The notes under the pieces were generated by a model, which saw only the letters and a list, made by a program, of their open reading frames with translations, was not told the origin of the DNA and did no database searches. A stretch of DNA of 63,995 nucleotides, filler included, from Basidiobolus ranarum (taxonomy: Eukaryota), in NCBI GenBank assembly GCA_040143965.1. It is 9 parts of 9 records of this genome, joined end to end, with 100 filler letters (N's around TTAATTAATTAA, not from the genome) between each part and the next. Parts side by side here need not be neighbours in the genome. Positions count along the whole stretch, not along the records: positions 1 to 7,132 come from JASJQH010001173.1; positions 7,233 to 14,359 come from JASJQH010001174.1; 7 more parts are not named here. One strand, given 5' to 3'. This document shows positions 1 to 11,995 of the stretch, in pieces (within the stretch, counting starts at the first letter, position 1; the number at the start of each line of letters is the position of its first letter). Position numbers and translations under genes: made by a program.

Positions 1-23
1 GAAAGATAGTTTAAGATTCTTAC

Positions 24-337
24 CACTCGTGAGCCAGAACCCAAACACCAGTTCCAACAATTCCTTGAAGGAACCAATATACGGGCCAAGCAAGGTAACG
101 GAGAGCAAGTGGTAGAGAGTCAATATAGGTAGCTGCGTAAAACAACGCGCTAATTAAAGTCAAGTCTACGGCTACGTTTCCGAAAGTTCTCAAAGTGTCT
201 CTCTCAAAACAATGAGCTGGAACGGCATCACGCAACTCTTTAATGGTAATGTTGGGTGGCTGAAAGGTCTTCTCAGGATTTCCCTTTAGCTCTTTATCAT
301 GATTGACTCTCTGCTTCAGGCTCGAATCGTTAACCAT
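24..337 (-). CDS. FAD2: Delta-12/omega-6-type fatty acid desaturase, first exon (partial; continues off the window)
   Basis: PPNITIKELRDAVPAHCFER N-terminal motif and YWFLQGIVGTGVWVLAHE(C) first His-box. GTAAG intron donor begins at 23. Confidence 0.9.
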
Positions 338-2277
338 TTTGAAAATTGGGGAGAAGGAACCAGAAATGATTAACTTACTGGAAGTCCGTGAGGAATAGCG
401 AAGTGCTCCAGCTTCCTTTTAAAAACACCTTTCGAGCTCGTGAAAAAAAGTTCAGTGAACCAGGGTATTACCATATTGGGAGATCAGAATATAGAATGGT
501 GCAAAATAGTTAAGCACAGCAATTGAATAGTATATATTAACAGGAAAGGAGGGATGAACTGGGGTTGTATTGGCCAAGACCTCGCTGATTCATCTCAGTA
601 ACCTGGTGTTTGCTCGAACATAGATCTTTATCTGAATCTCTAATTCGGATCAGCCGAGAAGTAGTATAACATGTATGGTTTTGGGGAGCATCATCATTGA
701 AATGGAAGGGAGAAAGCCGAAAACGGATACAATTTGAATTGTAATGAGGGAGGGTGTTGCATATTCATGCTAGTACTTGATTTTCATTGTCGGGAGAGGG
801 TGGATGACCAGCACAAGTGATCCCTAAACAAGCAATCGGGTTGTTGGCAGAGACTCATATGGAATAATCTTGGTACAATCCCACTGCAGTATTGGCCTGG
901 ACAAATCGCGGAGAAGGCGGCATTGGAGTGCTGGAGATGTGTGTTTCAGTGCTCAGAATCACAACATTGAATGTTGCATTGACGTATGGTGACTTCCATC
1001 CGGGATTCGTCAAGGGTGTGACAGGCATCAGCCAATGTTCAATAGCCAAGTGGAAGATGCCCTAAATTGGATTCCTAATCCAAATTAAAGCTTAGTTGCA
1101 AAAAGGAGAGATATGATTGAGTGTCGGTTAGCATGTGAGAGTACAAAAATCAAATTCTCACATTCGAGCGATAGGCTTTTGTGGGAAGTGTGGGTGCTTG
1201 TGCTTGTGCTTGTGATCTGTAATTCGATTTGGCGAAGCTTATTAAGGTGGAGCCCTATCATACTTTTGGTTAGGATCACTGCTTTTCGTGGAAAAGTCGA
1301 TCGCAAGTTCATACTCTGATCCCCCTCAGCCACTGTATAGATTGTGGATGGAATCAAGATAAAGCTACTGCAATGGAATCGGCTCAATCTCGTCTCTCTG
1401 CTCAACCACTGGCCAGTGTTTCGCACCTGGAATGAAAAGCGTATTCATCTGTACATCCGCCCCAGCTACGATACATTTCATCACCGAAATTTGTCGTTAA
1501 ATATCACCTTTTTTATTTTCGTCACGCTGTAATCCAACCATATATGCTCATCATTGGTACTTCACAACGTGTAGTGACAGTTTGTACTGCGCAACAATTG
1601 TAATGCTCTTACATTAATGATATGTATCTGGGAAATAATGCCTTTATCTGGGCATAGTATGGGTTTTAAAATTGGCGAGAGACAGGAAAGTAAACTGTCT
1701 CATCTCATTTAAGTAGCTTCGTGATCTATAGGCACCTCAATAACTTCTCTATTAGGAGTGTGCCGGTTAAGATATTCTCTCCTTTCATTGAAGGTTGATA
1801 AGCAAGTATTACAAGATGTACTATTGTTTGGTTCATGCCCTAGGCCCTGATCGTAGGAGAATTGTTTTGGTAGGCTTACCCTACTGGACGGGATAATAAA
1901 TCGATCAGATAGTCAAGCCGAGTTTTTCCTCAATGTATTCCTGGTTCATAGATAACCAGTATTTGATGGCATCAACTTCAAAATAGCCTATTTCAAATCC
2001 ATTCTGTATACAGGTAAATAGGTAAGTGTCGGGTAGAATTACCAATCAAAAGGTTGCTTTACAATCAATAGCTATTGGACATTTGGAGACAGTTCGCTTT
2101 ATTACAAGTAGTCAACATATTCCTTATTCCCAGTGTTCTTTAGATATAAGGAGGATAATACAAAGGAGTGCATGTGCTATAAACAAGTTGTGGAAAGTTT
2201 ACACTACAATTGAATGAGGTTTACATTATAAATGGTTGAATATTCATTAATGTTATGGATGTGTAAATGGAGGGAAA

Positions 2278-3748
2278 TTAGTAATTTTGCTCTCTATTAA
2301 ACTCATGCCATTGAAGCTGGGGAAGTTGTATGTCAAGTGGAAGCAGTACACGATCAATCACATGAATCACACCATTTTCGGCGATTCCATCAGCCATTAT
2401 GATGCGAGCTTGACGGTTGACGGTTATATCAATGCTGCTTCTATAATCAGTCAAAACGCGAAGAGAAAGTTTTTCTCCATGAACCCAAGAGGGATAGTTA
2501 ACAACATAAACATCAAGGGCTTCGAAGTCGCCTTCCAAATCTAAATTTTGTTTGCTATGACGACCTTTGGACTCAATTTCTTCTTTTTCAATGGTATTTT
2601 GTTTAATTATTTGTGCTGATTTGGCTCCACCATTTCTACTAGAGCGGTTCTCAAAGTCATTATCCCAGTTACGCTGGTCATTACGTTTAGATGGAAGGCG
2701 ATCGTCATAGTCGTTTCGATCATTGCGGCGGTGCGCAAAACTAGGTTCATTTTCTCTACGTTTAGACTGGCGTTCATTAAAATCTTCGTCAAATTCCTCA
2801 CGATCATGACGAAGAATATCATCCCGAATATCTCTGCCATCAACTGGGAGCTTTAAATCACCTGCGTAGATGAGCTCAGGTGATATGTGATTAAGTAGGA
2901 TGTACCGCAGGTCTTTGCGTCCTTCTGGGGAAAGAAGATAATCCACAGCAGTATTTCCTAAGCTCTGGAAAGCAGCATTACTAGGAACGAAAACGGTCAA
3001 ACCTGGCTCATGAAATTCCTTTTCAAGGCCCGATTTTTCTATAGCCCTCAGAAATAGTGAAAAATCTGAGAAACTCTTCAGTTGAGCTGGTATACTTTTG
3101 GGAACCTCCAGAATCTCATTGATCACATGGATAATCCCGTTTCTAGCCTCAAGATTGGCCTCGCTAACTTTCACTCCAGAATTTAAATAGAGACGATTTC
3201 CCTTGCGTTCTATCAAAATACGTTGTGGCTCATTGAGTAGCTCCGGAGAGTTAAAAGATGTAACCAACGCATCGCTATTTTTAATATCTGCTTCGTCAAT
3301 GATATCTGGTATAATATGGTACTGCAGAATTCTTTGAAGTTCTTCGTGAGATACATCATGGCGATCATGAAATTCCTCGAAAGCTTTATCAGTAGGGGCA
3401 AACAAAGTCACCTATAAGTTTGAGAGTAAAGTTGGATATGCGTCTTAATGCAAGTGTGAATAGTAAGGGTTGAAGTAATTGATTGCAAACCTGATTACGA
3501 GGATTACTCAAGTCGTTTTGAAAGTTCCCGCTTGATGACGAAAGAGTTTTCAAGAACCTGGAAAAACGTCCATCACGGTCTAAAACCTCCAACAAACCAT
3601 TGGATTTGTTGTAGCCTCTGGTTTGCTTTACGCTTTCTTCCTCTTTAGTATTGCTTTCAGGATGTACAGTGGAGGTAGAAGCAATAGTATCATCATTTTC
3701 CTGCTCCTGACTCACTGAACTATTGAAGGAGGAACGAGTCACTGACAT
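2278..3748 (-). CDS. Fasciclin (FAS1) domain protein, 2 exons (3748-3491, 3411-2278)
   Basis: Two FAS1 repeats: TLFAPTDKAF...NGIIHVINEIL and TVFVPSNAAF...NGVIHVIDRVL. GT-AG intron at 3490-3412 joins the two ORFs in frame. Confidence 0.88.
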
Positions 3749-4278
3749 GTTGTTTTATGTAAGAATGGAAATTGAAATTGAGGTGACGAAATAATATCTG
3801 AATGCTCCAATTTTATAGTACTTCATCACTACCTAATTTTGATCCTTCAAATTAGGCAAGAATATATGCTCATGAGGGAATCATATCTAAGCCACCCTGT
3901 ACAAAGATAAAGATTACTAAGAACAATATCAAAATTGCTAAAGATTCAGAGATATAACGAGTTTTTCGGTGGCTTATCCCAATAATGATCCTAGGATCTA
4001 AGTTTCGAATTTGATATTTATAGATTTGATATAACTTAAATTCAATAGTTTTTAGAGCTAATATTACCGATAATATCGCGATTTTAGTTCGTACTTCTTT
4101 AATCCGGGTTTAAAAACATGTCGCTCTGGATTATGTTTCATGGCGTTGCCCAATAGGACCAGATAATATGGGATCTTTAAAAAATATTGTTCTATGAATA
4201 TAGAATGTTCTAGGTTAAACATATAAATATACAGTATACAAAAAACTAGACTAAATTGATGATGGTTGTGTCGATTCC

Positions 4279-6037
4279 TTAAATTTTGAGATTGCCCTTC
4301 TTGATTTTTTTCCGGAAAGTACGGTTTCTACTGAAATGTTGGGATAAGGAACCTTTGACACTAGGGTTGGCAACATCGCTATCTTCTTTCGTGTCCTGGT
4401 CGTCGATATCTAAGACGGCATCTCCTTGCGCAGCCGCTTCAATCACTTTCGCCATATCCTCATCCTGAGGGGTAATCAGGTTGATAACTAAAGTATCATA
4501 TTAGTTTCAGTTGAAAGCCAATTAACGAAACCGCATGTAAACTTTTGACTTACCTTCTCCGGATTTTCCAGCTCTGGCAGTTCGACCAGAACGATGTAGA
4601 TAATTTAGCACGTTTGTGGCGAAGTCAGTCTGTATTACCGTGTTCACATCTGGGATATCAAGGCCTCTAGCCAACAAATCTGTACAAAACAAAATCGAAA
4701 TTCCCTCATCATCGGCAGGTTTGGTCAATTGTTTTAAAATTTCTTCCCGTTCAACTCGATTGACATTTTTGTGAACTTTTAGGCATCTAATCTGATCTGA
4801 TTTGATGTTAAATTTGGCGAGGGAATCAGAAACGAAGGAGTAATAGCTATCAACATTGCTAATGTTATTTCCAAAAACTATGATTCTTCCGTTCCTCTGT
4901 TGATTTTTGACCTGCTCAATGATCAATTCTAGTGTACGATGAGATTTGATATCAGTTTCGTTCCCAGTATTACTATCAATCCTGAGGAACTTTTCTTCGA
5001 GCTGAGGAACGGTTCGATGCAGTCCCTGTGTGCTAATGGTTATAGCGTTAGGGAACTTCTTATTCAAGCTACCACGAAGAGATTTTCGATTTGTGACTGG
5101 TGGTAGGGTGGCACCCAGAAATATAAACTGTCTATTTGATTGAAATTCATTTTCGATATCTTGACTCAATAAATCTTTGGGAAGCCCGATATCTGAATCC
5201 CAGTCGGAATCGGGATTAGTCATTCCTTCAGAGAAATTACGGAACTTCCTATTCTTCAAAAACGATAATAACTGCTGAGTTGATCCACTGAAACTCTCCG
5301 AGAACAGCATATCTACTTCATCGAAGACGCAATATCTTGTTCTCTCTAACAGTTTCTCTAAATCATCCAATTTCGATACTTTCTTGGTCATAATTGAGCC
5401 AGGTGTTGTGACCAGAATTTGTGCTTCACTCTTGTCCGTACCAACTTCCAAATATGGGTTCATTACGGTACGAATATTCATATCAGGGTCAATAATCTTG
5501 TTCAACACCGAGGCTACTTGCCATACCAACTCCTTGGAAGGTACTAAGGTCAGAGCAACTGGAGCGATCACTTTGGGTGGAGCGCTGAGTTTGTTCTCTA
5601 AAATATTGGAAATGATGGGTATCAAGTAGCCTAATGAGATTCAATAATGATATTAGTGATAATTCTAGTAAATGCAAGTATCATATAACAATCATAACTT
5701 ACTAAGGGTTTTTCCGGAACCCGTTTCTGCAGTAAATATCACATTAGCGCCTCGGTTAATGGTTGGGATGGCCTTCATAAAGTATTGTTAGTCAAAATAC
5801 ATACTAAAGCTGCGAGAATTAAAAAGAAACCTTTTTTTGAATCTCCAAAGGGGTGTTAAATCCATTTTTGACCAAGTTATCTATAAGACGCTGATGAATC
5901 CCAAGTCTCTCCCATTCCTGAGAACGTGATTGCAACGAGGTGTGAAATAATTTGGAGTTAAGAATTTGAATTCTACTGTGACAGGTTACTGCACGCAGCG
6001 ATTCGAACGTTTTTGGTACTCTTAAGATATAGTTCAT
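4279..6037 (-). CDS. DEAD-box RNA helicase, probably mitochondrial (MRH4/DDX28-like), about 4 exons
   Basis: AETGSGKTL motif I (~5705-5735), [34 protein letters not shown]. Basic N-terminus resembles a presequence. C-terminal [10 protein letters not shown]. Confidence 0.88.
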
Positions 6038-6588
6038 GGAGGGAAAGGAAGAAATATTATTGCAATTATCAAATTAAATTCTACTAGAATAGAACAAAAT
6101 TTTCAATTCAGTATTACCGTAACACTACATCGAATATCTGGAATATTTGGGGTAGAGAAATTAGCGGTCAAACCCCTGCTATACGGTATTAATGGTGACC
6201 ATAAATCATAAGTGTCTCCTCAATACTAGAGTTTTTGGAAATACTGGTCAAAGTTGCACTTGATCTGCCCCTAATTGAATTGATTCATATTTTATATCTA
6301 GTACTTTATTGTTGAGCTTGTGATTGAGTAGATTGTGCTTTCTTAATCTTGAGGTACTGCAATATGAGGTTCGAAATCACCTCGAGCTTGCTACGTGAAA
6401 TTAAATGTACTGATTTCCAATGGATGGTATTTTAGAAGGCAGGGTGGGTGATGAGTAGAATATATTGAATTCGCGTCAGTCTTCAACCGAGAAGAAGGAA
6501 GTTCATAATCGTTAATGAGAATCTCTAGTCGGCAGATATGTTAAAGGTGTAATGAAGAATTCTCGGGTGAAGCTCACAACGATGATTC

Positions 6589-7132
6589 CTAAACCTGATT
6601 GCCTACACTGGATCGTAAGCTCGAATTATATCTCCTTGGCAGTAGAAGTCGATAAGAAATACTACTTTGCCATTCACCAAGAACACAAAAAACTGCACAC
6701 GCACGGGGCAAGATACACAAAGAGAATGGTATGCTTATCATGAAGATCGTAAGTACAACTATAAAAAGAGCTATGGACAGGAAAAGCTTCACAAAGAGGT
6801 AATATAAAACACATCTCCAACTAAACCCGTCAGTAACCAAATCTTTCAGAAAAATCACCGAGAAGCTGATAGGTTCATTGTGCTTTAAAGCGAATACGGG
6901 GGGTATATATCGTTGGGATCGAGTGTCGCAAAAGGTATTTTGAGCAGCTAGTTCTATGAAACCTAGCATTCTAATCTTAATGTTAATGAAATCCATGGTA
7001 AAAAAATGGTATAGCCTTTGAATTTAGGTAGCATATTTAAATCTGGCATTACTACCCTATTGCTCCATGCCACCGCAAAAATAAACAAAAACGCCACTGG
7101 TGGAAAGATGAAAGTGGCAAAAGCAAACACAA
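6589..7132 (-). CDS. 3' part of a membrane protein resembling the 'putative sensor' (PF13796-like) domain, 2 exons, 5' truncated
   Basis: VFAFATFIFPPVAFLFIFAVAWSNR / RMLGFIELAAQN ... LVTDGFSWRCVLYYLFVKLFLSI hydrophobic pattern. Short intron at about 7055-6976. Confidence 0.55.
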
Positions 7133-7232
7133 NNNNNNNNNNNNNNNNNNNNNNNNNNNNNNNNNNNNNNNNNNNNTTAATTAATTAANNNNNNNNNNNN
7201 NNNNNNNNNNNNNNNNNNNNNNNNNNNNNNNN
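7133..7232. other. Artificial contig linker N44-TTAATTAATTAA-N44 (also at 14360-14459, 21581-21680, 28801-28900, 36017-36116, 43230-43329, 50441-50540, 57641-57740)
   Basis: Identical 100-bp spacer with stop codons in all six frames. Flanking contigs decrease monotonically in length. Confidence 0.99.
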
Positions 7233-8560
7233 TTGGTTTCGCGTCATGGCTTTCAGAGTTATGCCTGCTAGAAGTATGAACAGAGCTTGCGGCATGTTTG
7301 CTCTTCTTTGACTCGCGTTCACTTTGAGATTCACTAGAGTGAGGCTTCTCGGTTGGTTTCGGCCCCTGGCTTTCAGAGTTATGCTTACTAGAAATATTAG
7401 CAGAACTTTCGGCATGTTTCCTCTTCTTTGACTTGTGTTCACTTGGAGATTCGCTAGAGTGAGGCTTCTCAGTCGGTTTCGCTTGATGGCTTTCAGAGTT
7501 ATACTTGCTTGAAGTAGAAACAGAACTTTCGGCATGTTCGCTCTTCTTTGATTCGCGTTCACTGTGAGACTCACTAGAGTGAGGCTTCTGGGTGGGTTCC
7601 GGCACCTGGCTTTCAGAGTTATGCTTGTTGGAAGTATGCATAGCACTTTCGGCATGCTTGCTCTGTTTTGACTTGCGATCAATTTGAGATTTGGTAGAGT
7701 GAGGCTTCTCGGTTGGTTTCGCCTCGTGGCTTTCGGAGTTTGGCTTGCTAGAAGGATGAACAGAGCTTTGGGCATGTTCGCTCTTCTTTGACTCGCGTTC
7801 ACTTTGAGATTCATTACTTTGGGGCCTCTTAGTTGGTTTCGCCTCGTGGCCTCCAGAGTTTTGCTTGCTAGAAGTCTGGACAGAACTTTCGGCATGCTTG
7901 CTCTTCTTTGACTCGCGTTCACTTTGAGATTCACTAGAGTGAGGCTTTTCGGTTGATTTCGCGCCAAGGCTTTCGGAGTTTTGGTTGCTTGAAGTATGAA
8001 CAGAACTTTCATTGTGCTCACTACTCTTTGACTTGTGTTCACTATGAGATTCACTAATGTGAGGCTTCTCGGTTGGTTTCGCGGTATGACTTTCAGAACT
8101 ATGCTTGCTAAAGGGATGAGCTGAACTTTCAGAAAGCTGACTGCTCTTCCACACATGTTGGCTTTTATATTCACTCGAGTGAGGCTTCTCGGATGTTTTC
8201 GCGGTATGGTTTTCAACATGAGACTTACTCAAAGAATGAACAGAGGTTTCGGCATGTTTGCTCTTCTTTGATTCGTGATCAATTCGAAATTTACTACTGA
8301 GGGGCCTCTTTGTTGGCCTCACGTCATCACTTTTAGAGTTATGCTTGATAGAAGGATAAGCTGAAATTTTAACATGTTGACCACTCTTTGACTCGTGTTC
8401 GCTTTGAGGTTCACTACTGTGGGGCTTCTCGGTTTGTTTCGCGGCATGGCTTTCAGACTTATGCTTGCTAGAAGGACGAGCTGAACTTTCAGCATCATGG
8501 CTCCTTTTTGACTCATATTCAGTTTGAGATCCACTTGGTTGAGGCTTCTCCTTTGTTGTC
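7233..8560 (-). repeat. 120-bp coding tandem repeat (about 11 imperfect units)
   Basis: GAGTGAGGCTTCTCGGTTGGTTTCG and GCTCTTCTTTGACTCGCGTTC recur every 120 bp. Peptide unit KPTEKPHSSESQSERESKKSEHAESSVHTSSKHNSESHEA. Confidence 0.95.
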
Positions 8561-10668
8561 GCATGACGGTTTATTGATTTGGCGGAAGAGATCGGAGGTG
8601 TGCCCTGCATACAAATTGGAGGATTGAAGGTGTCGTCGCAATATTGACCTGCGTAACATTCTTCGATTCTTAATACCTTTTTCTCATAACATACATAGAT
8701 ATTTTGCAAATTTTCTGAGCAAAACGATTTCGTGCATTGGGATCCAATGGTAATAACTTTAGGAGATTCGGAAGGCGTGAGGACAGAATTGGTGGAGGAA
8801 TGTTGCTTCTCAGTTGAGTTTACCTGATGGCTTTGAGAATGAGACTTGCTTGAAGGATGAAACGAACTTTCAGCGTGTTCGCTCTTCGTTGATTCCTGTT
8901 CACTCCGATATTTACTAGTGTGGGGCTCCTCGGTTGGTGTTACACGTTGGCTTTCGGAGTGAGACTTATTGGAGGATTGAACAGAACTGTCAGTGTGTTC
9001 GCTCTTCCCATTTGGAAATCCACTGGAACTTGGTGTTCTTGTTTGCTTCGTGAGTTCACTTCGATTCATGTTGGTTTGTGTTACGCTAGAAGAGTGTAGT
9101 TTGCCAGTTTCTGGGGCTATGCTTTGCGAGATTTGTTGTTTACGTTGCATACAAATTGGTGGGTCGTACTTGTCATCGCAATATTGATCAACGCGACAAT
9201 ATAGGATTCTTAATACCCTATTTTCGTAACAAGCGTGTATTTTTTGCAAATCTTTCGAACAGTATGATTTTGTGCAGTGAGATCCGATTGAAATTGATGG
9301 TGATTCAGTGGGTTTATGATGACTAGTTACCTTGGAGTGTTTACTAGTTTCCGTGGAGTGTTTACTAGTTTCCGCGGAGTGTTTACTAGTTTCCGCGGAG
9401 TGTTGACTAGTTACATCGGGTAGCTGGGTCTTCGAGCGAATTTGTGGCGTACTGGGAAGCATTTGTGGTGGAAGACACATCGGTACTCCTTTATATCTAA
9501 CACACACCCAACCTGGTACAGCATCGGTGCACGGATTTATCGATGAAATCACTCCGCCTGCACAAACTACTAGGAGTTTATTGTCTGCTGAACATTTTGA
9601 ATGGTCACATTTAGCTCCAACGGTTTCAGTGTTCTTGGATTTCGTCGGCACTGAACTTATGGCTACCGGAGTAATTGCATTCACGCACTCCGCTCCTAAT
9701 AGGACCTTTCCGTTAATCATTTGGCCAAACGTAACGCAGTACGAATTAGGTAGACAGGTCTGAGTTTCCCATTTTCCCATAACACACTTCTTAAATGATG
9801 GCAAGATCAGTGGTAGTACGCACTTATACTCAGAATCGCACTCGTTAAAAAATGTTGTAGTTTGATGGACTACGGTCTTTTCCACCGTAACTATTTCCTT
9901 GGTAGTACTTGTTGCAGCCTTGATGGTAGCCAATGACACGCATTTGCCATTGTTACATATTGTACCCTCTTCGCAAGGTCGGGAACTAAACTGGCCGTTT
10001 ATGCAAAACACCAACAGGTTTCCCCAGCATGTATTGTCACTCTGGGTGCAGGTTGTTATTGTTTGTATGCCCCCACCCCCACTAGGAAGTATCGGTGGTG
10101 GCTGACAAAACGCTTCATTTTGGGATGGCCATTCGTAACAATAATTGCCCGTCTCCTGCAAACAATTGTAGTATATGACATAGCCATTATAGCAGATGGT
10201 TTTGAGGTCTCTGCCCATACATTTTGATGTAAAGGTTGCACTGTTACATGGTATCTTACTGCTAGCAATCTTTGTTTCGATCTTTTCTTTCGTTTTTGTC
10301 AAAACTTTATGCATCATTCCAGTCGTCATGGAGTTTCCAATCCATTCTTGCTGGCAGTTAATACCGACTGCTGAGTTCGGATCAGAGAAGCACTGATATG
10401 GCTTGTTGTATTTGGTTCCGCACGAGTATGTGTATAATGTAGTATCATGGCAATAAAAGAAGAAATTCGTGTTGTGTGGGTCACATCGATAATAGGAGCC
10501 TTGGCAACCGTTCGGAAGCGTGCTAATCAACTTGTGGTCGGTGTTTATGATGGCGCTGGTATACGCAGACATCTGCGAATTACTTTGCGAAACCGTTTGA
10601 CTGAGTTGCGCACCAACATGGTAGATGTTGAAGAATAACAATATCGATATTACCACCGGTGATATCAT
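7233..10668 (-). CDS. Large secreted protein with multiple Cys-rich modules and a His/Ser/Lys/Glu-rich 40-aa tandem repeat stalk (3' truncated)
   Basis: Intronless ORF over 1140 aa from ATG 10668. Signal peptide MISPVVISILLFFNIYHVGAQ. Repeated C-x-C modules. TATA-like TATATATAG at about 10701-10709. Confidence 0.85.
9333..9412 (-). repeat. 21-bp coding minisatellite (ETSKHSA x3-4)
   Basis: GGAGTGTTTACTAGTTTCCG(C/T) repeated in tandem. Confidence 0.85.
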
Positions 10669-11927
10669 TGCTACGAGGATAAAGCAAAGGATTGTCACGT
10701 CTATATATACACTCTCGCCCTGCCAACAATTCCTTCTCCTAAATTAGCCTTCATCTCCCTACATAGACTATCTCAACAATTGGCAAAGAACCTGTTCCCA
10801 CCTATTTACTTGATAGATAGTTCCAGACCATATTAGCAGAGATGGTGCAATGCTCATAAAATGGTTATTTACAGTGGTTGGGGTAGTATTTAAAGCTGTT
10901 CAACAATTGACCACGTGGTTCATCTTAGCAACTAAAATACACTATAACAGACTGGTAGCAATCCATGCTTTGGTGGTATTCTGGAGTATCTGCAACCATG
11001 ATATAGAGATAGCATGGAATTCACTGATTGAAGAAAGCTGAATTCAAGCCACTGAGTGTATCTAATGCTATCAAGCTGCCCAAATATGGACAGTAATTGC
11101 ATCATAAACTGACAGCCAGGTGGTCTTTTGGATTGTGAATACTTGATCCTTGAAAACCCCCTATGTGATCTATACACCATGGAATTCATCCACCCACTAT
11201 GATCCCCAACATGACAGTGTGTACCAACATTCTAAAAAAGTGGTTTTATTAAACTATTCTCGGTAGATCGTATTTGGCCTGTTCCTGTCCAACATCGATA
11301 GTTCTAGCTACTGACAGAAACCATCTAATCTGGTCGCTAATATTACTCGAATAGGATAATTCGATGAATACGATCGTTGAGGCCACAGTGTCGGTATTTC
11401 GGCTTTTACGATTGTTCCAATAATTCTCGTAAAGGGCGACAGTTCTAAAACAAGCAGTATATACGTAAGACTCTCTGTAATAATCCAGATATAGGCGCTA
11501 TATCGCCGCCGATTTTCCTATAGACATTAAGTGCGGAGCTAGTACCCAACCACGGTTGGTTTTGTCCCAGGCGATGTATGATGATGCTGCCATGTTGAAG
11601 CAGCCAGAGCCTTAATCAACGGATGATTAAGGATTCTCCCAAGCAATATAGTTGATGGGTATCAAGTGGTTAGATGAGCGATATGTGATTGGCGCTCAAC
11701 TTACCAGTCCCAATATCAGATTTGGTTACATTAACCGATGGGGACTTGAAATAAAGATAGGAAACAAACATGTACACACAATGATAGTGATAAGACTCAT
11801 TGGATGAATGCTTTTTTTCGCGACACCACTTTCTCGGTGAGTTGGAATTAGAACTATAGGAGAAACTCAGCACATATGATTTAACGCTTAGCGCCTGATC
11901 CATAATGCGAAGCCTCCTTCCTTGGAG

Positions 11928-11995
11928 ATAGGGTTAGGGTTCCTAGTGTTAGGGTTCCCGGTGTTAGAGTTCCCAGTGTTAGGGTTCCCAGTGTT
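11928..11995 (+). repeat. Telomere-motif-containing 15-bp minisatellite, (TTAGGGTTCCCAGTG)x4 imperfect
   Basis: Units start at 11934, 11949, 11964 and 11979, preceded by ATAGGG. Confidence 0.85.

Noticed and set aside
855..2217. Short ORFs of 62-113 aa between the desaturase and fasciclin genes
   Set aside because: No motifs or splice structure, and most use non-ATG starts. Likely intergenic noise.
6355..6390. GGTTCGAAATC resembling a tRNA T-loop
   Set aside because: No acceptor, D or anticodon stems can be formed around it.
7133..7232. TTAATTAATTAA motif recurring every ~7.2 kb
   Set aside because: Artificial six-frame-stop linker flanked by N runs, not biological periodicity.
7185..8564. 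Alternative-frame ORFs (344 aa, 81 aa) and a CRISPR-like look of the 120-bp repeats
   Set aside because: By-products of a coding tandem repeat. Whole units are homologous, with no unique spacers and no cas genes.
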